Assembly: GCA_004524365.1 (NCBI GenBank)
Contig: SDNL01000001.1
Span: 1 to 55,831 of the forward strand
From: Promethearchaeota archaeon
Lineage (GTDB): Archaea > Asgardarchaeota > Lokiarchaeia > Sigyniarchaeales > SOKP01
Length of the DNA: 55,831 bases
Direction of reading: 5' to 3'
In this document: positions 36,868-45,672 of the stretch, one piece after another
Layout of the letters: each line of letters opens with the position of its first letter
Numbering within the stretch: the first letter of the stretch is position 1
Program-made: the position numbers and the translations under genes
The notes under the pieces: generated by a model
The model's input: the letters and a program-made list of their open reading frames with translations, nothing else
What the model was told of the DNA's origin: nothing
Database searches by the model: none

Positions 36868-38976
36868 ATGTCATCAAAAGAAGATAAAGATTTTAAACTA
36901 TTTGTGAAAGAAGCAGAAGAATTAATAAGAAAGATCGAAGAGAGTATATTAAATCTTGAAGAAAATTTTAAAAACAATGATCCTGTAGAACAACTTTACT
37001 TTTCATATCATAATCTTAAAGGAATGACTGGAATGGTTGGATTTGACAATTTCTCAAAACTTTGTCACAGCTTAGAAAATCTGTTAGACGAGATTAAGGA
37101 TTATGAAAAACGTGCAGAAAATAAAGGTCAATTGATTGGGTTATTATTTGAAAGTCATGATGTAATGAGAAATCTTATAAAGAAAATAAAAGAAAGCGAT
37201 AAAGAGGATTTAAATCGACAGATTTTAAAGGAATTCGAGAAGAGAATAAACAATCTAAAAACATCAACCACCACCAGTGATTATGATATTACCTTCTTTA
37301 AACCTCTTTCTAAGGAAGAATTTGAAAAAATTACTTCAAAAAGCAATTATAAATTTTTCAAGGTTTATATTGAAATTCAAGATACTTGTGTATTTAAGAA
37401 AGTAAGACTTTTCATCATCTTTCGTGCATTAGATGAGATTGGAAGGATATGTTCAAGCAGTCCGGAGCCAACTGTGTTAGAAAAGGGTGCGATAGATAAT
37501 GATTTCGAAATCTATTTTATGACGAAGGAATCTAAAAATGTGATATCTCATAGAATAGATGAAATCTTAGAAATAGAAAGCCGGAAAATAACGGAGATAA
37601 GTTCTGATGAATTTTATAATTTGATTAGCGAATATTGCGAAAAAATGCTTGATCAAATGGAAGGAAATAGTCTCCCTACAGAAGAATATTCTATTGACAG
37701 TACCCAAGAAAGTACAGTATCTTCTGTAATTGCGGACAACTTTGACGATCAGAATAAAATTACTTCAATTAAAGTAGATATTCAGACCTTGGAAACCCTT
37801 ATGGATTATTTCGGTGAGTTAGTAATCTTAAAAAATCAAATGTCCCAGATTCTCCAAAAAAATAGGGAAAGAGAAGGATCAAGATTATTTGATGACATGG
37901 ATAAACTTTTTTTAGAAATTCAAGAAATTATTTTTCAACTAAAACTTGTAAGAGTTGAAAAAACATTCCGACGATATCGAAGATTGGTTAGAGATGTTGC
38001 AAAGGAGACAGGAAAACAAATAAAATTTGTTCTAAAAGGATTAGATGTTGAAATAGATAGAAAGGTATTAGAAGAACTAAATAGTCCTTTAATTCATCTT
38101 CTAAGAAATGCCATATATCATGGGATTGAAAGTCCAGAAGAAAGAAATAAAAAGAATAAGGATATAGTTGGTACTTTAAGACTTGAATCCTATAGAAAGG
38201 CTGGATCAATATATATTAAAGTAAAAGATGATGGAAGAGGGTTAAATTATGAAGGAATTAGACGAAAAGCTATTAGAAATGGAATGTACTCACCTGAAGA
38301 GGCTGGAAAATTAACTAATGAACAACTTGAAAAAATTATTTTCCGCTCGGGCTTTTCGACACTTAGAGGAGCAGATCAGATATCTGGAAGAGGAATGGGT
38401 TTGGCGATTGTTTCAGAAAAGGTGGAAGAATTAGGTGGATCTGTAGAAGTTAACTCTGTAGAAGAGAAAGGAACAGAATTTATTTTAGATGTTCCCTTTA
38501 CAAGAGCGATCTTAAAAGCACAGATATTTTCAGTTGGGGGGGATCTATATGCTATTCCCATTGAAAATATAAAACAGATATACTTTTACAAAAGGGAAAA
38601 TCTGGATTATATAAAAGGAGTTGAACATTATAGACTTGATTCTGAATTGGTTCCACTAATTCGAGTGGACGAATATCTTGGTCTCTCTTCAGCTACTAAT
38701 AGTAATGAATTCTCTCTCGAAAAGTCTAACTCCTCCACAAAAATCGCAATTTGGTGTAAAAAGGATGAAGAAAATTCTGCAGTATTAGTAGTGGATGAAA
38801 TTTTACAACAAATGGAGGTTGTGATTAAGCCCTTTAAATCAAAATATTCTAAATTCCGTTCTGTTTTAGGTGTCACTATAACAGGAAGAGGAAAGATCTG
38901 TATGGTAATGGATGTAATGGATCTCATCTCTTCAATATCTAGAGAAGTTACAAAATCAATTAGTATCTCAAACTAA
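36868..38976 (+). CDS. cheA: CheA histidine kinase
   Basis: Hpt motif YHNLKGMTGMVGF (His codon 37009..37011), a dimerisation region, the HATPase domain (HLLRNAIYHGIE, DDGRGL, GRGMGLAIV) and a C-terminal CheW-like P5 domain. Confidence 0.9.
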   Translation: MSSKEDKDFKLFVKEAEELIRKIEESILNLEENFKNNDPVEQLYFSYHNLKGMTGMVGFDNFSKLCHSLENLLDEIKDYEKRAENKGQLIGLLFESHDVMRNLIKKIKESDKEDLNRQILKEFEKRINNLKTSTTTSDYDITFFKPLSKEEFEKITSKSNYKFFKVYIEIQDTCVFKKVRLFIIFRALDEIGRICSSSPEPTVLEKGAIDNDFEIYFMTKESKNVISHRIDEILEIESRKITEISSDEFYNLISEYCEKMLDQMEGNSLPTEEYSIDSTQESTVSSVIADNFDDQNKITSIKVDIQTLETLMDYFGELVILKNQMSQILQKNREREGSRLFDDMDKLFLEIQEIIFQLKLVRVEKTFRRYRRLVRDVAKETGKQIKFVLKGLDVEIDRKVLEELNSPLIHLLRNAIYHGIESPEERNKKNKDIVGTLRLESYRKAGSIYIKVKDDGRGLNYEGIRRKAIRNGMYSPEEAGKLTNEQLEKIIFRSGFSTLRGADQISGRGMGLAIVSEKVEELGGSVEVNSVEEKGTEFILDVPFTRAILKAQIFSVGGDLYAIPIENIKQIYFYKRENLDYIKGVEHYRLDSELVPLIRVDEYLGLSSATNSNEFSLEKSNSSTKIAIWCKKDEENSAVLVVDEILQQMEVVIKPFKSKYSKFRSVLGVTITGRGKICMVMDVMDLISSISREVTKSISISN

Positions 38977-39011
38977 AAAAAATAAAGTTAAAATAAATAA
39001 GAGGTAAAAAA

Positions 39012-42000
39012 ATGGGTTTTAAACGCGTTTCAAAGGAAGAATTAGAACAAAGTAAGGCTCCACCCTTCTTAGGTCCTCCTCTTCAAACTACTGAAAGATT
39101 AGAATTACTCGGAAAAGAAAGTTTGAAATCAAAAAAGCAATTTACTCATAAAGAATCAAATATATTCCTACTAGCACAAGAAAATTTTAAATTCGAATAT
39201 ACTAAAAATGGGGCCCTTGATAATTTCGAAGGAATTGGAGATATTACAATAGTAAATAACTCAGAAAAGAATCGTATATGGGATGTTAACCTAAGTTATT
39301 CCGGAACAGAGAACATTTTTGAATATTACACTTTTATTAATGAAGATAAAAAAACGAATTTAGGTAATTTTGAACCTCAAACAAATAAAAATCTTGATTA
39401 TAAAATAAAAGATACAAAAAATATTATAAATCCAATCAAAATATTTGAAAAAATTACGGTTTCAAATCTAAATAAGGAAAATTTGGGAACTAAAATAAAA
39501 AAGCGAAAGATTAGGAAACTTGAAAAAGAAATTCAGAAAAAAAAGGAGAAAACCAAAGTTCAAATTGAAGAAAAATATGGAAAAAAAATCAAGAGTCTAC
39601 AATCAGAAATAAAAAATAAAGATAATGATATAGATAAGGTTTTAGAAACTTTATCAAAACATACTAAGAAAAAAAATCAGCTTCAAAAAGATATAAATAC
39701 ACTAAAAAAAGTGATTAATAACCTTAAGAAAGAAAAAAAAGAAGAAAAATATGAAATCCTTGAACGATATCTCAAAAAGGAAGACCTAAATCGTAATATT
39801 AATGAATTATTAGAAGAAACCAAACAAAAACTTGAATCATTGAAATCTAAAATTCCTGAGATCAAGAAGAATTATTCTAATAAACAAAAGATGATTAAAA
39901 ATGAGATTGAAGAGAAATATAATCAGAAAATAACTCAAGCTAATAAAGAAGTAGAAAAAAGAGAAGATGAATTGGCAAGAGCCTATAAGAAAGAAGAAGA
40001 GTGGACTAAAAAAGAGGATAGACTAGAAAATGTAGTTGGAAAAATTGAAGATAGATTAAAATCTTTAGAAGATAAATTTAAGATCAAAAAGGCTGAAACC
40101 GAACTTAAGGAAAAAGAAGGTCAATATAAAAAAGCAGAAGAAAAAGCCGATAAATTCGCTGATAAGGTTAAATCACTTAAAAAAAGTATTAAAAATCTTA
40201 AAAAAGATATTAAATCATATAAAAAGAATAAAAATAAAGAATTGGATTCCCAATTAGAGAATCTTACAGATGAAGAAGAAAATAAAATTGAAGAATATAT
40301 GGATAAAATTGACAAAAATAAGGGACTTCTTAAAGGAATTCAGAATATAATTGAAAAATATGAAGAAGATCTAAAGGAATATAGAGAAAAATTGAAGGAA
40401 CATCAAGTAAAACTATTAGATACAGGAAAAGAAATAGAAAATTGGATGGAGAAGAAAGAAGAAATTAGATTAAAAATTAATGGATTACAAGATGAAGTTG
40501 AAAGACTAGAAAAATTAAAGGAAAAAGAACTTAAAAAGGAAATATCAAGGATTAAAAAGAAGAAAGAAAAAAGAGAGCAAAGAATCTTAGATGGGTATGA
40601 TGATATGATTGGAGAAAAATTAAGAGATAACTATTATCTTTTATTTAATACACAAAATATGCTCAACTATTCAATAAATATTGAAAATGACTCAGAAAAT
40701 AAAGTAAAAGAAGTTAAATTAGCAAAACAATTCTCTGATGAATTTAGTGATTTTAAATATGAAAGTTCTTCTGTTTCTGATGTAAATATTAATAAAAACA
40801 CAATAATTTTTTCAATCCCATCCTTAGATCCTGGGGAAAAAGCTGAGATTACCATACATACATCTATAAAGCCTATTGAGAGAAAAATTATCGGAACAGG
40901 AAATATTCAACTCTCATATATATATGAAAATCGTCTTATTTCCGGTTTAAAATTTGAAGAATTAAATGGATATTCGCATGCAATGCATGCTATGAAAATT
41001 AAAGAAAAGGAAACAGCTCCTAATAAATGGACTTGTCAGATGATTTTTAAAAATAATAGCGATATCAATATGAAATTAAATTCTATTTTAGTGCTGGATA
41101 AAGAGAAAAGAAATAAATATTTGGACTTAGACTTTAATTCAGATAAAGATGGGAAACTAGTAAAACCCCAAGAAACATTTTTCAGCGAAAAATGGGAAGT
41201 TGAAGATAAAAATGAACCAAAATTTTATCGAAAATTAAATTATTCTATTACTCATAAAACTGAGAAGAAGAGTCTTATGAATCTTAATTTGGAAGAATCA
41301 ATTTTTGAGATCATTGATTTATCCGTGGAGAAAAAGTTTACAAAATCGAAGATTAAATCATATGAGGGATCCGATCTTAGTTGCACTCTTACTCTTAAAA
41401 ACACAGGTACAATACCAATTAAGGGAATGGTCGTTAAAGAGATAATTCCAAAAGATTTTCTTCCCCCTCAAGATCTTTCCAGTTTTTCAATCGCAACCTC
41501 ATCTGGAAAGGATATTGCGGATAAAGTTCAAATTGAAATCTTGCCAGACGATCAAGATGCTTCAAGCTCTCATGAAATAAGTATTAGGGTTAATTTAGAA
41601 AATATCAAACCATTAGAATTAATCAATGTGAATGAGAATATTAAAATAACTTATCCATTTAAGGCAATTAAACCTGATCATACAAAAGAATACAATTTCC
41701 CGCTTAATTTCACTTCTTATTATCCTAAAGAGAAGAAAAGTCCCGAAGATTTCTATTATATTTCAGGAACACTTCCTGCTCAAAAGCTTCCAAATTTAGA
41801 CGTGATCCATCAAAGACGGAATTTATTAATCGCAAAAGAGATCTTTCCTGGACGAAATGTGGATGAATTTGCAATCAGTCTTATAGTAAATAATAGCTCG
41901 AATATAGAAATAACAGATATCAAGATTGATGATACATTACCAAATTCTATAGAAGTGGTGTCCTCTAATAAGGAATACAATATCCTCGATTCTGATCTTG

Positions 42001-42134
42001 AGAGAGCTGATACTATTTCATTTACAATTGAGAGTATTTTACCTTTCCAAGAAGAGGAAATAAGATATTATGTAAGAAGTAAAGGAGATGAAACCTTAGA
42101 TCAAGAAAAATTAGAATCATATTTATTAACTTAA
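39012..42134 (+). CDS. Large cytoplasmic protein: N-terminal beta module, ~380-aa K/E coiled coil, then several Ig-like (CARDB/DUF11-like) beta-sandwich modules
   Basis: No signal peptide or TM segment. The central region (about 39490..40630) is heptad-rich and K/E-rich. A recurrent motif of type x-(I/L)-x-(V/I)-x-N-x-S/G-x-x-x-I-x-(D/E)-(V/I) appears at least five times (ITIVNNSEKNRIWDVNL, INIENDSENKVKEVKL, MIFKNNSDINMKLNSIL, LTLKNTGTIPIKGMVV, LIVNNSSNIEITDIKI). Confidence 0.5.
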   Translation: MGFKRVSKEELEQSKAPPFLGPPLQTTERLELLGKESLKSKKQFTHKESNIFLLAQENFKFEYTKNGALDNFEGIGDITIVNNSEKNRIWDVNLSYSGTENIFEYYTFINEDKKTNLGNFEPQTNKNLDYKIKDTKNIINPIKIFEKITVSNLNKENLGTKIKKRKIRKLEKEIQKKKEKTKVQIEEKYGKKIKSLQSEIKNKDNDIDKVLETLSKHTKKKNQLQKDINTLKKVINNLKKEKKEEKYEILERYLKKEDLNRNINELLEETKQKLESLKSKIPEIKKNYSNKQKMIKNEIEEKYNQKITQANKEVEKREDELARAYKKEEEWTKKEDRLENVVGKIEDRLKSLEDKFKIKKAETELKEKEGQYKKAEEKADKFADKVKSLKKSIKNLKKDIKSYKKNKNKELDSQLENLTDEEENKIEEYMDKIDKNKGLLKGIQNIIEKYEEDLKEYREKLKEHQVKLLDTGKEIENWMEKKEEIRLKINGLQDEVERLEKLKEKELKKEISRIKKKKEKREQRILDGYDDMIGEKLRDNYYLLFNTQNMLNYSINIENDSENKVKEVKLAKQFSDEFSDFKYESSSVSDVNINKNTIIFSIPSLDPGEKAEITIHTSIKPIERKIIGTGNIQLSYIYENRLISGLKFEELNGYSHAMHAMKIKEKETAPNKWTCQMIFKNNSDINMKLNSILVLDKEKRNKYLDLDFNSDKDGKLVKPQETFFSEKWEVEDKNEPKFYRKLNYSITHKTEKKSLMNLNLEESIFEIIDLSVEKKFTKSKIKSYEGSDLSCTLTLKNTGTIPIKGMVVKEIIPKDFLPPQDLSSFSIATSSGKDIADKVQIEILPDDQDASSSHEISIRVNLENIKPLELINVNENIKITYPFKAIKPDHTKEYNFPLNFTSYYPKEKKSPEDFYYISGTLPAQKLPNLDVIHQRRNLLIAKEIFPGRNVDEFAISLIVNNSSNIEITDIKIDDTLPNSIEVVSSNKEYNILDSDLERADTISFTIESILPFQEEEIRYYVRSKGDETLDQEKLESYLLT

Positions 42135-42135
42135 A

Positions 42136-42140
42136 GGAGG
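42136..42140 (+). promoter_or_regulatory. Shine-Dalgarno-like GGAGG, 6 nt upstream of the ATG at 42147
   Basis: The sequence aaaGGAGGaaaaaaATG lies in the 12-nt gap after the preceding stop. This is consistent with an internal ribosome-binding site in a polycistronic mRNA. Confidence 0.45.
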
Positions 42141-42146
42141 AAAAAA

Positions 42147-43004
42147 ATGAATTATCAATATTACAAAACATTAATGGACAAATCTGAGGAGAATTTATTT
42201 TTCTTAATTGAGAAAATAGTACCTGCACCTTTAAAGGAAGAATTAGGTCTTTTTTTAGAAGGATTTAACCTTGGAAAAATTAAAAAATCTTCTCTTGAAG
42301 AGAATTTTATTCAGATTAATCCATTAAACAAAAATTATGCTGACTTATCTAAACTCAATTCCCAACAATTAAAGGAAATATACGAAACTTTCATTAGTAG
42401 AGAAAAAAACGATAAAAAGGCGGTAAAATGGAGATTGCTCCGGTATTTGAGAATTCAAAAAGATATACAATTAGAAACACTTCACATTAATGTTGATATG
42501 AATGAAGATAATGCAGTGGATATAATCTTCGAAACTAAAAATCATAAGTATTACTTTATAAATTGTAGTTATATTCTAGAAAAGGAATATTATTACAATT
42601 TAATAGAAAAACTTATCGCCTTTTCTAAAAAAATTAACCTTAAACCTGAAAAAATCGTATTTTCTGCTCATAAAACCTATAGAGATATTCCTTATAAAGA
42701 AGATATTCAAGTAGGTAATATAAAATATGAGATAGAAAAAGAAATCTGGGTAGAATGGACAGAATTAGAAAAACCTTTTAATGGGGAAGATCTTCTTCTA
42801 ATCCTGAGTAATAATGAAAAAGATTTAGAACTTGCGGGATTTAATTTTACCAGCATCCAAACATTGTTGGATTATGTGTATAGATATTCTAAAGGAGGAC
42901 AAATTGCTATATATAAACAGCCTGGGTTTTTCTCGGCAAAAAGTAATGAAAATCCTCAAATTGAATTAATTTGGAAAGGAATTATGTTAAAAAATAAAAT
43001 TTAA
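42147..43004 (+). CDS. Hypothetical protein between cheA and cheC (CheF-like role possible but not recognised)
   Basis: A 285-aa ORF with a Shine-Dalgarno motif and tight operon spacing. I could identify no motif. Confidence 0.45.
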   Translation: MNYQYYKTLMDKSEENLFFLIEKIVPAPLKEELGLFLEGFNLGKIKKSSLEENFIQINPLNKNYADLSKLNSQQLKEIYETFISREKNDKKAVKWRLLRYLRIQKDIQLETLHINVDMNEDNAVDIIFETKNHKYYFINCSYILEKEYYYNLIEKLIAFSKKINLKPEKIVFSAHKTYRDIPYKEDIQVGNIKYEIEKEIWVEWTELEKPFNGEDLLLILSNNEKDLELAGFNFTSIQTLLDYVYRYSKGGQIAIYKQPGFFSAKSNENPQIELIWKGIMLKNKI

Positions 43005-43033
43005 ACATATTTTAAACAAAGAATAAAAATGAG

Positions 43034-44977
43034 ATGAGAAATATGGTAGAGACATTATCTGACAGTAAAAATATAAATGTTGTAATAATTGGAATAAAAA
43101 GTGAGAAATATCTAATAAAAGTAGAAAAAGTAAAGGAAATATATGTTCCAAAGGATAATATAGTACCTATCCCATTAGCAGATAAAACAATTACAGGTGT
43201 AATCGATATTAGGGGAGAAGTCTATTCTATTTTATCTTTGAGAAAAAAAATATATGATGAGGAAAATCTCCATCATATTCATAAAGATAATCGAGTGCTA
43301 TTATTAGAAACTAATGGTGTAAATCTTTCAATACTTGTTGATGAAGTAATAGGCGTTAAAGAAATTCCAACTTCGGTTTTTAATCATGGTGCGCCAATTA
43401 TTGAAACCGATCTTGATATAAAATTCATTGAATCCGTTGCAATTATTGAAGAAAATACCTATATTCTATTAGATATCGATGCCTTCATTAAAAGTTTCAA
43501 TATTGATTTAAACTATAATAGGATTGAACCAATTTCGCCTTCGCGAAAAGAAACTAAGGGAGGAAGTTCCAATATAAGTATTGAAACAAAAAGACCGGAT
43601 ACATCTCCCATATCCTCTAGTGAAACTTACGAAATAGGAGGAAAATTATCTGAATTAAAAGATAAAATTAAATTAAATCCTGAACAAGAGGATATGCTTA
43701 AAGAGATTGGAAATATTGGCTCAGGAAATGCAGTGACTGCACTTTCTCGATTGATTAAGAAGAAAATTGATATCGATTTAACTAATGTTGGAATTGTTTC
43801 CTTTGACAATTTGACGGATCAATTTGGAGGTCCAATGGAAAAAGTATGCGGAATATTCTCCCAAATTAAGGGGGCGCCCCAATCATCGATCCTCCAAGCT
43901 TTTGAGCTGAAACCGCTAATGAAATTGATTTCATCTTTAATTGGTGATGATTCTCAAATAGATCCAGAAAATGTATCATCTAAAAAGGATCTTGATGACT
44001 TTGCGATCTCAACTATTACTGAAATGGGAAATATATTAGCGGGTCATTATGCATCTGCTTTAGCAGATTTGACGGGAACTAAAATGATGATCAATGTCCC
44101 TGAGTTTTCTGTTAGTGATATCGGTTCAATTGGGAAATTTTTAAGCCAAGAATTAAAAACAATCTATACATATATAGTGGTCATAAAAACATCAATTAAG
44201 GTTGTAGACTATGAATTAAATGGAGTATTTCTTTTCATTCCTGGCTTGGATACACTTTATAAATTCTTTGATCAGTTGGGAATCAATTATAAACCACAAG
44301 AATCATCAAGAAAATTCCATAAGAAATCTTTAAATTCGGATAATTTAGAACTTACAGAAATTCAAAGAGATGCTCTTCAAGAAATTGGTAATATTGGTTC
44401 TGGTAATGCCGCAAATGCTTTAGCTAAAATGGTGAATCAAAAAGTAACAATTGCTATTCCAAAGGTAGAAATGATGACTATTGATAAATTTTCTAAGAAG
44501 TTACAAACAAATGATAACCTATATACATCTTGGAGTAATGTAAAAGGGAAAACTCGCGCAACGGTGTTAACAATTTTCCAAATATCTGATATCATTGAAA
44601 TAACTGCTATTCTAACTGATGATAAGAAGAAAAAACAATTGGATCTCAGAAAAAAGTATGATAGCGTGGAAAAGTTCCCCGAAATGTATCAAAGTGCTAT
44701 GAGTGAGCTAGGAAATATTCTAGCTTCAAATTACGTATCCTCGCTCGGAGATCTCTTAGATATTCGATTAATGACGGACCCTCCTGATATGATCATAGAT
44801 ACGAAAGAACAGTTATTTACAAATTTAAGAGACCAAATTGGATTTCTAGAAAAATTATCTTTAGTAATAACTACTGCTGTTATAATCACTGATATCAAAA
44901 TAGAAGGAGCCTTTTTATTTGTTCCTGAAATAGAAACTCTACATGAACTTCTAAAAGCGCTTGAAAAGTTCTATTAA
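43034..44977 (+). CDS. cheC: CheW-like domain fused to two CheC-type phosphatase domains
   Basis: N-terminal CheW-like domain (YLIKVEKVKEIYVP...ITGVIDIRGEVYSILSLRKKI). Then two CheC units, each with LKEIGNIGSGNAVTAL / LQEIGNIGSGNAANAL and E-x2-N-x22-P-type sites (TEMGNILAGHYASALADLTGTKMMINVPEF; SELGNILASNYVSSLGDLLDIRLMTDPPDM). Confidence 0.75.
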   Translation: MRNMVETLSDSKNINVVIIGIKSEKYLIKVEKVKEIYVPKDNIVPIPLADKTITGVIDIRGEVYSILSLRKKIYDEENLHHIHKDNRVLLLETNGVNLSILVDEVIGVKEIPTSVFNHGAPIIETDLDIKFIESVAIIEENTYILLDIDAFIKSFNIDLNYNRIEPISPSRKETKGGSSNISIETKRPDTSPISSSETYEIGGKLSELKDKIKLNPEQEDMLKEIGNIGSGNAVTALSRLIKKKIDIDLTNVGIVSFDNLTDQFGGPMEKVCGIFSQIKGAPQSSILQAFELKPLMKLISSLIGDDSQIDPENVSSKKDLDDFAISTITEMGNILAGHYASALADLTGTKMMINVPEFSVSDIGSIGKFLSQELKTIYTYIVVIKTSIKVVDYELNGVFLFIPGLDTLYKFFDQLGINYKPQESSRKFHKKSLNSDNLELTEIQRDALQEIGNIGSGNAANALAKMVNQKVTIAIPKVEMMTIDKFSKKLQTNDNLYTSWSNVKGKTRATVLTIFQISDIIEITAILTDDKKKKQLDLRKKYDSVEKFPEMYQSAMSELGNILASNYVSSLGDLLDIRLMTDPPDMIIDTKEQLFTNLRDQIGFLEKLSLVITTAVIITDIKIEGAFLFVPEIETLHELLKALEKFY

Positions 44978-45088
44978 TATAATGAAGCATTTATTTCCAA
45001 TGAAAAAGTAGCTTAAAAATCTTTATTTTTTTATCAATTTTATTAGAAATTACAATTAAATAATCCAAAAATATCATGAAAAAATAAC

Positions 45089-45613
45089 ATGCCAAATATT
45101 AAATATAGAGAAAAAATATTTCAAGTGGTTGGAGAAAATATAAAGCCAAATCCAAAAACCATTTTTAATCCTGAGGAAGTTTATCTATTTATTGATGAAA
45201 ACCTTAATGTGATATGGATCTGGGCTGGTGAGAAATCAAAACTATTTCATAGATACATTGCATCCTCATGGGCTGGTAAATTAAAGAGTAAAAAACAGTA
45301 TTTTAATTACAATTATGAACTTGTGAAACAAGGAAGGGAACCAAAAAAATTCAAAGTAATTATTGATGAAGTAGAAGAAGGAAGATCAGATCTGAATTAT
45401 CCCGGAGAATCTAGGACTCTTGAAATTAGTGTCAAATCCAAATCTAAAAATGATTTACATTCAAATCGATATTCACAAAAAATACCAAATAAAAAGGTTG
45501 CTAAAATTACAGCCATTCTCTCTGAAGTTCAAGAAATGCAAAGTCATATTAGATATTCTCTAGAACATATAGGAAAGCGCATTAGAAAGATAGATGAAAT
45601 TTTGAATAGTTAA
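45089..45613 (+). CDS. Single gelsolin-domain protein with C-terminal helical tail
   Basis: FQVVGENIKP......EVYLFIDENLNVIWIWAGEKSKLFHRYIASSWAGKLKS....ELVKQGREPKKF follows the gelsolin-repeat pattern (l..v.g....v...l.s.d.yiLd....iy.W.G..as..e...a...a..l......i..v.eg.Ep..F). Confidence 0.55.
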   Translation: MPNIKYREKIFQVVGENIKPNPKTIFNPEEVYLFIDENLNVIWIWAGEKSKLFHRYIASSWAGKLKSKKQYFNYNYELVKQGREPKKFKVIIDEVEEGRSDLNYPGESRTLEISVKSKSKNDLHSNRYSQKIPNKKVAKITAILSEVQEMQSHIRYSLEHIGKRIRKIDEILNS

Positions 45614-45672
45614 TTAAAAAATTTCTAATTAACTAAAATTTAGAAAAGAAAATAGAAAAAAATAACTTAAAA

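Noticed and set aside
26590-40630. A-rich low-complexity DNA tracts (26590..27200, 28730..29480, 39490..40630) considered as dispersed repeats or mobile DNA
   Set aside because: They stay in frame within long ORFs that have bona fide domains on both sides. They encode K/E-rich linkers or coiled coils, and I saw no terminal repeats or transposase.
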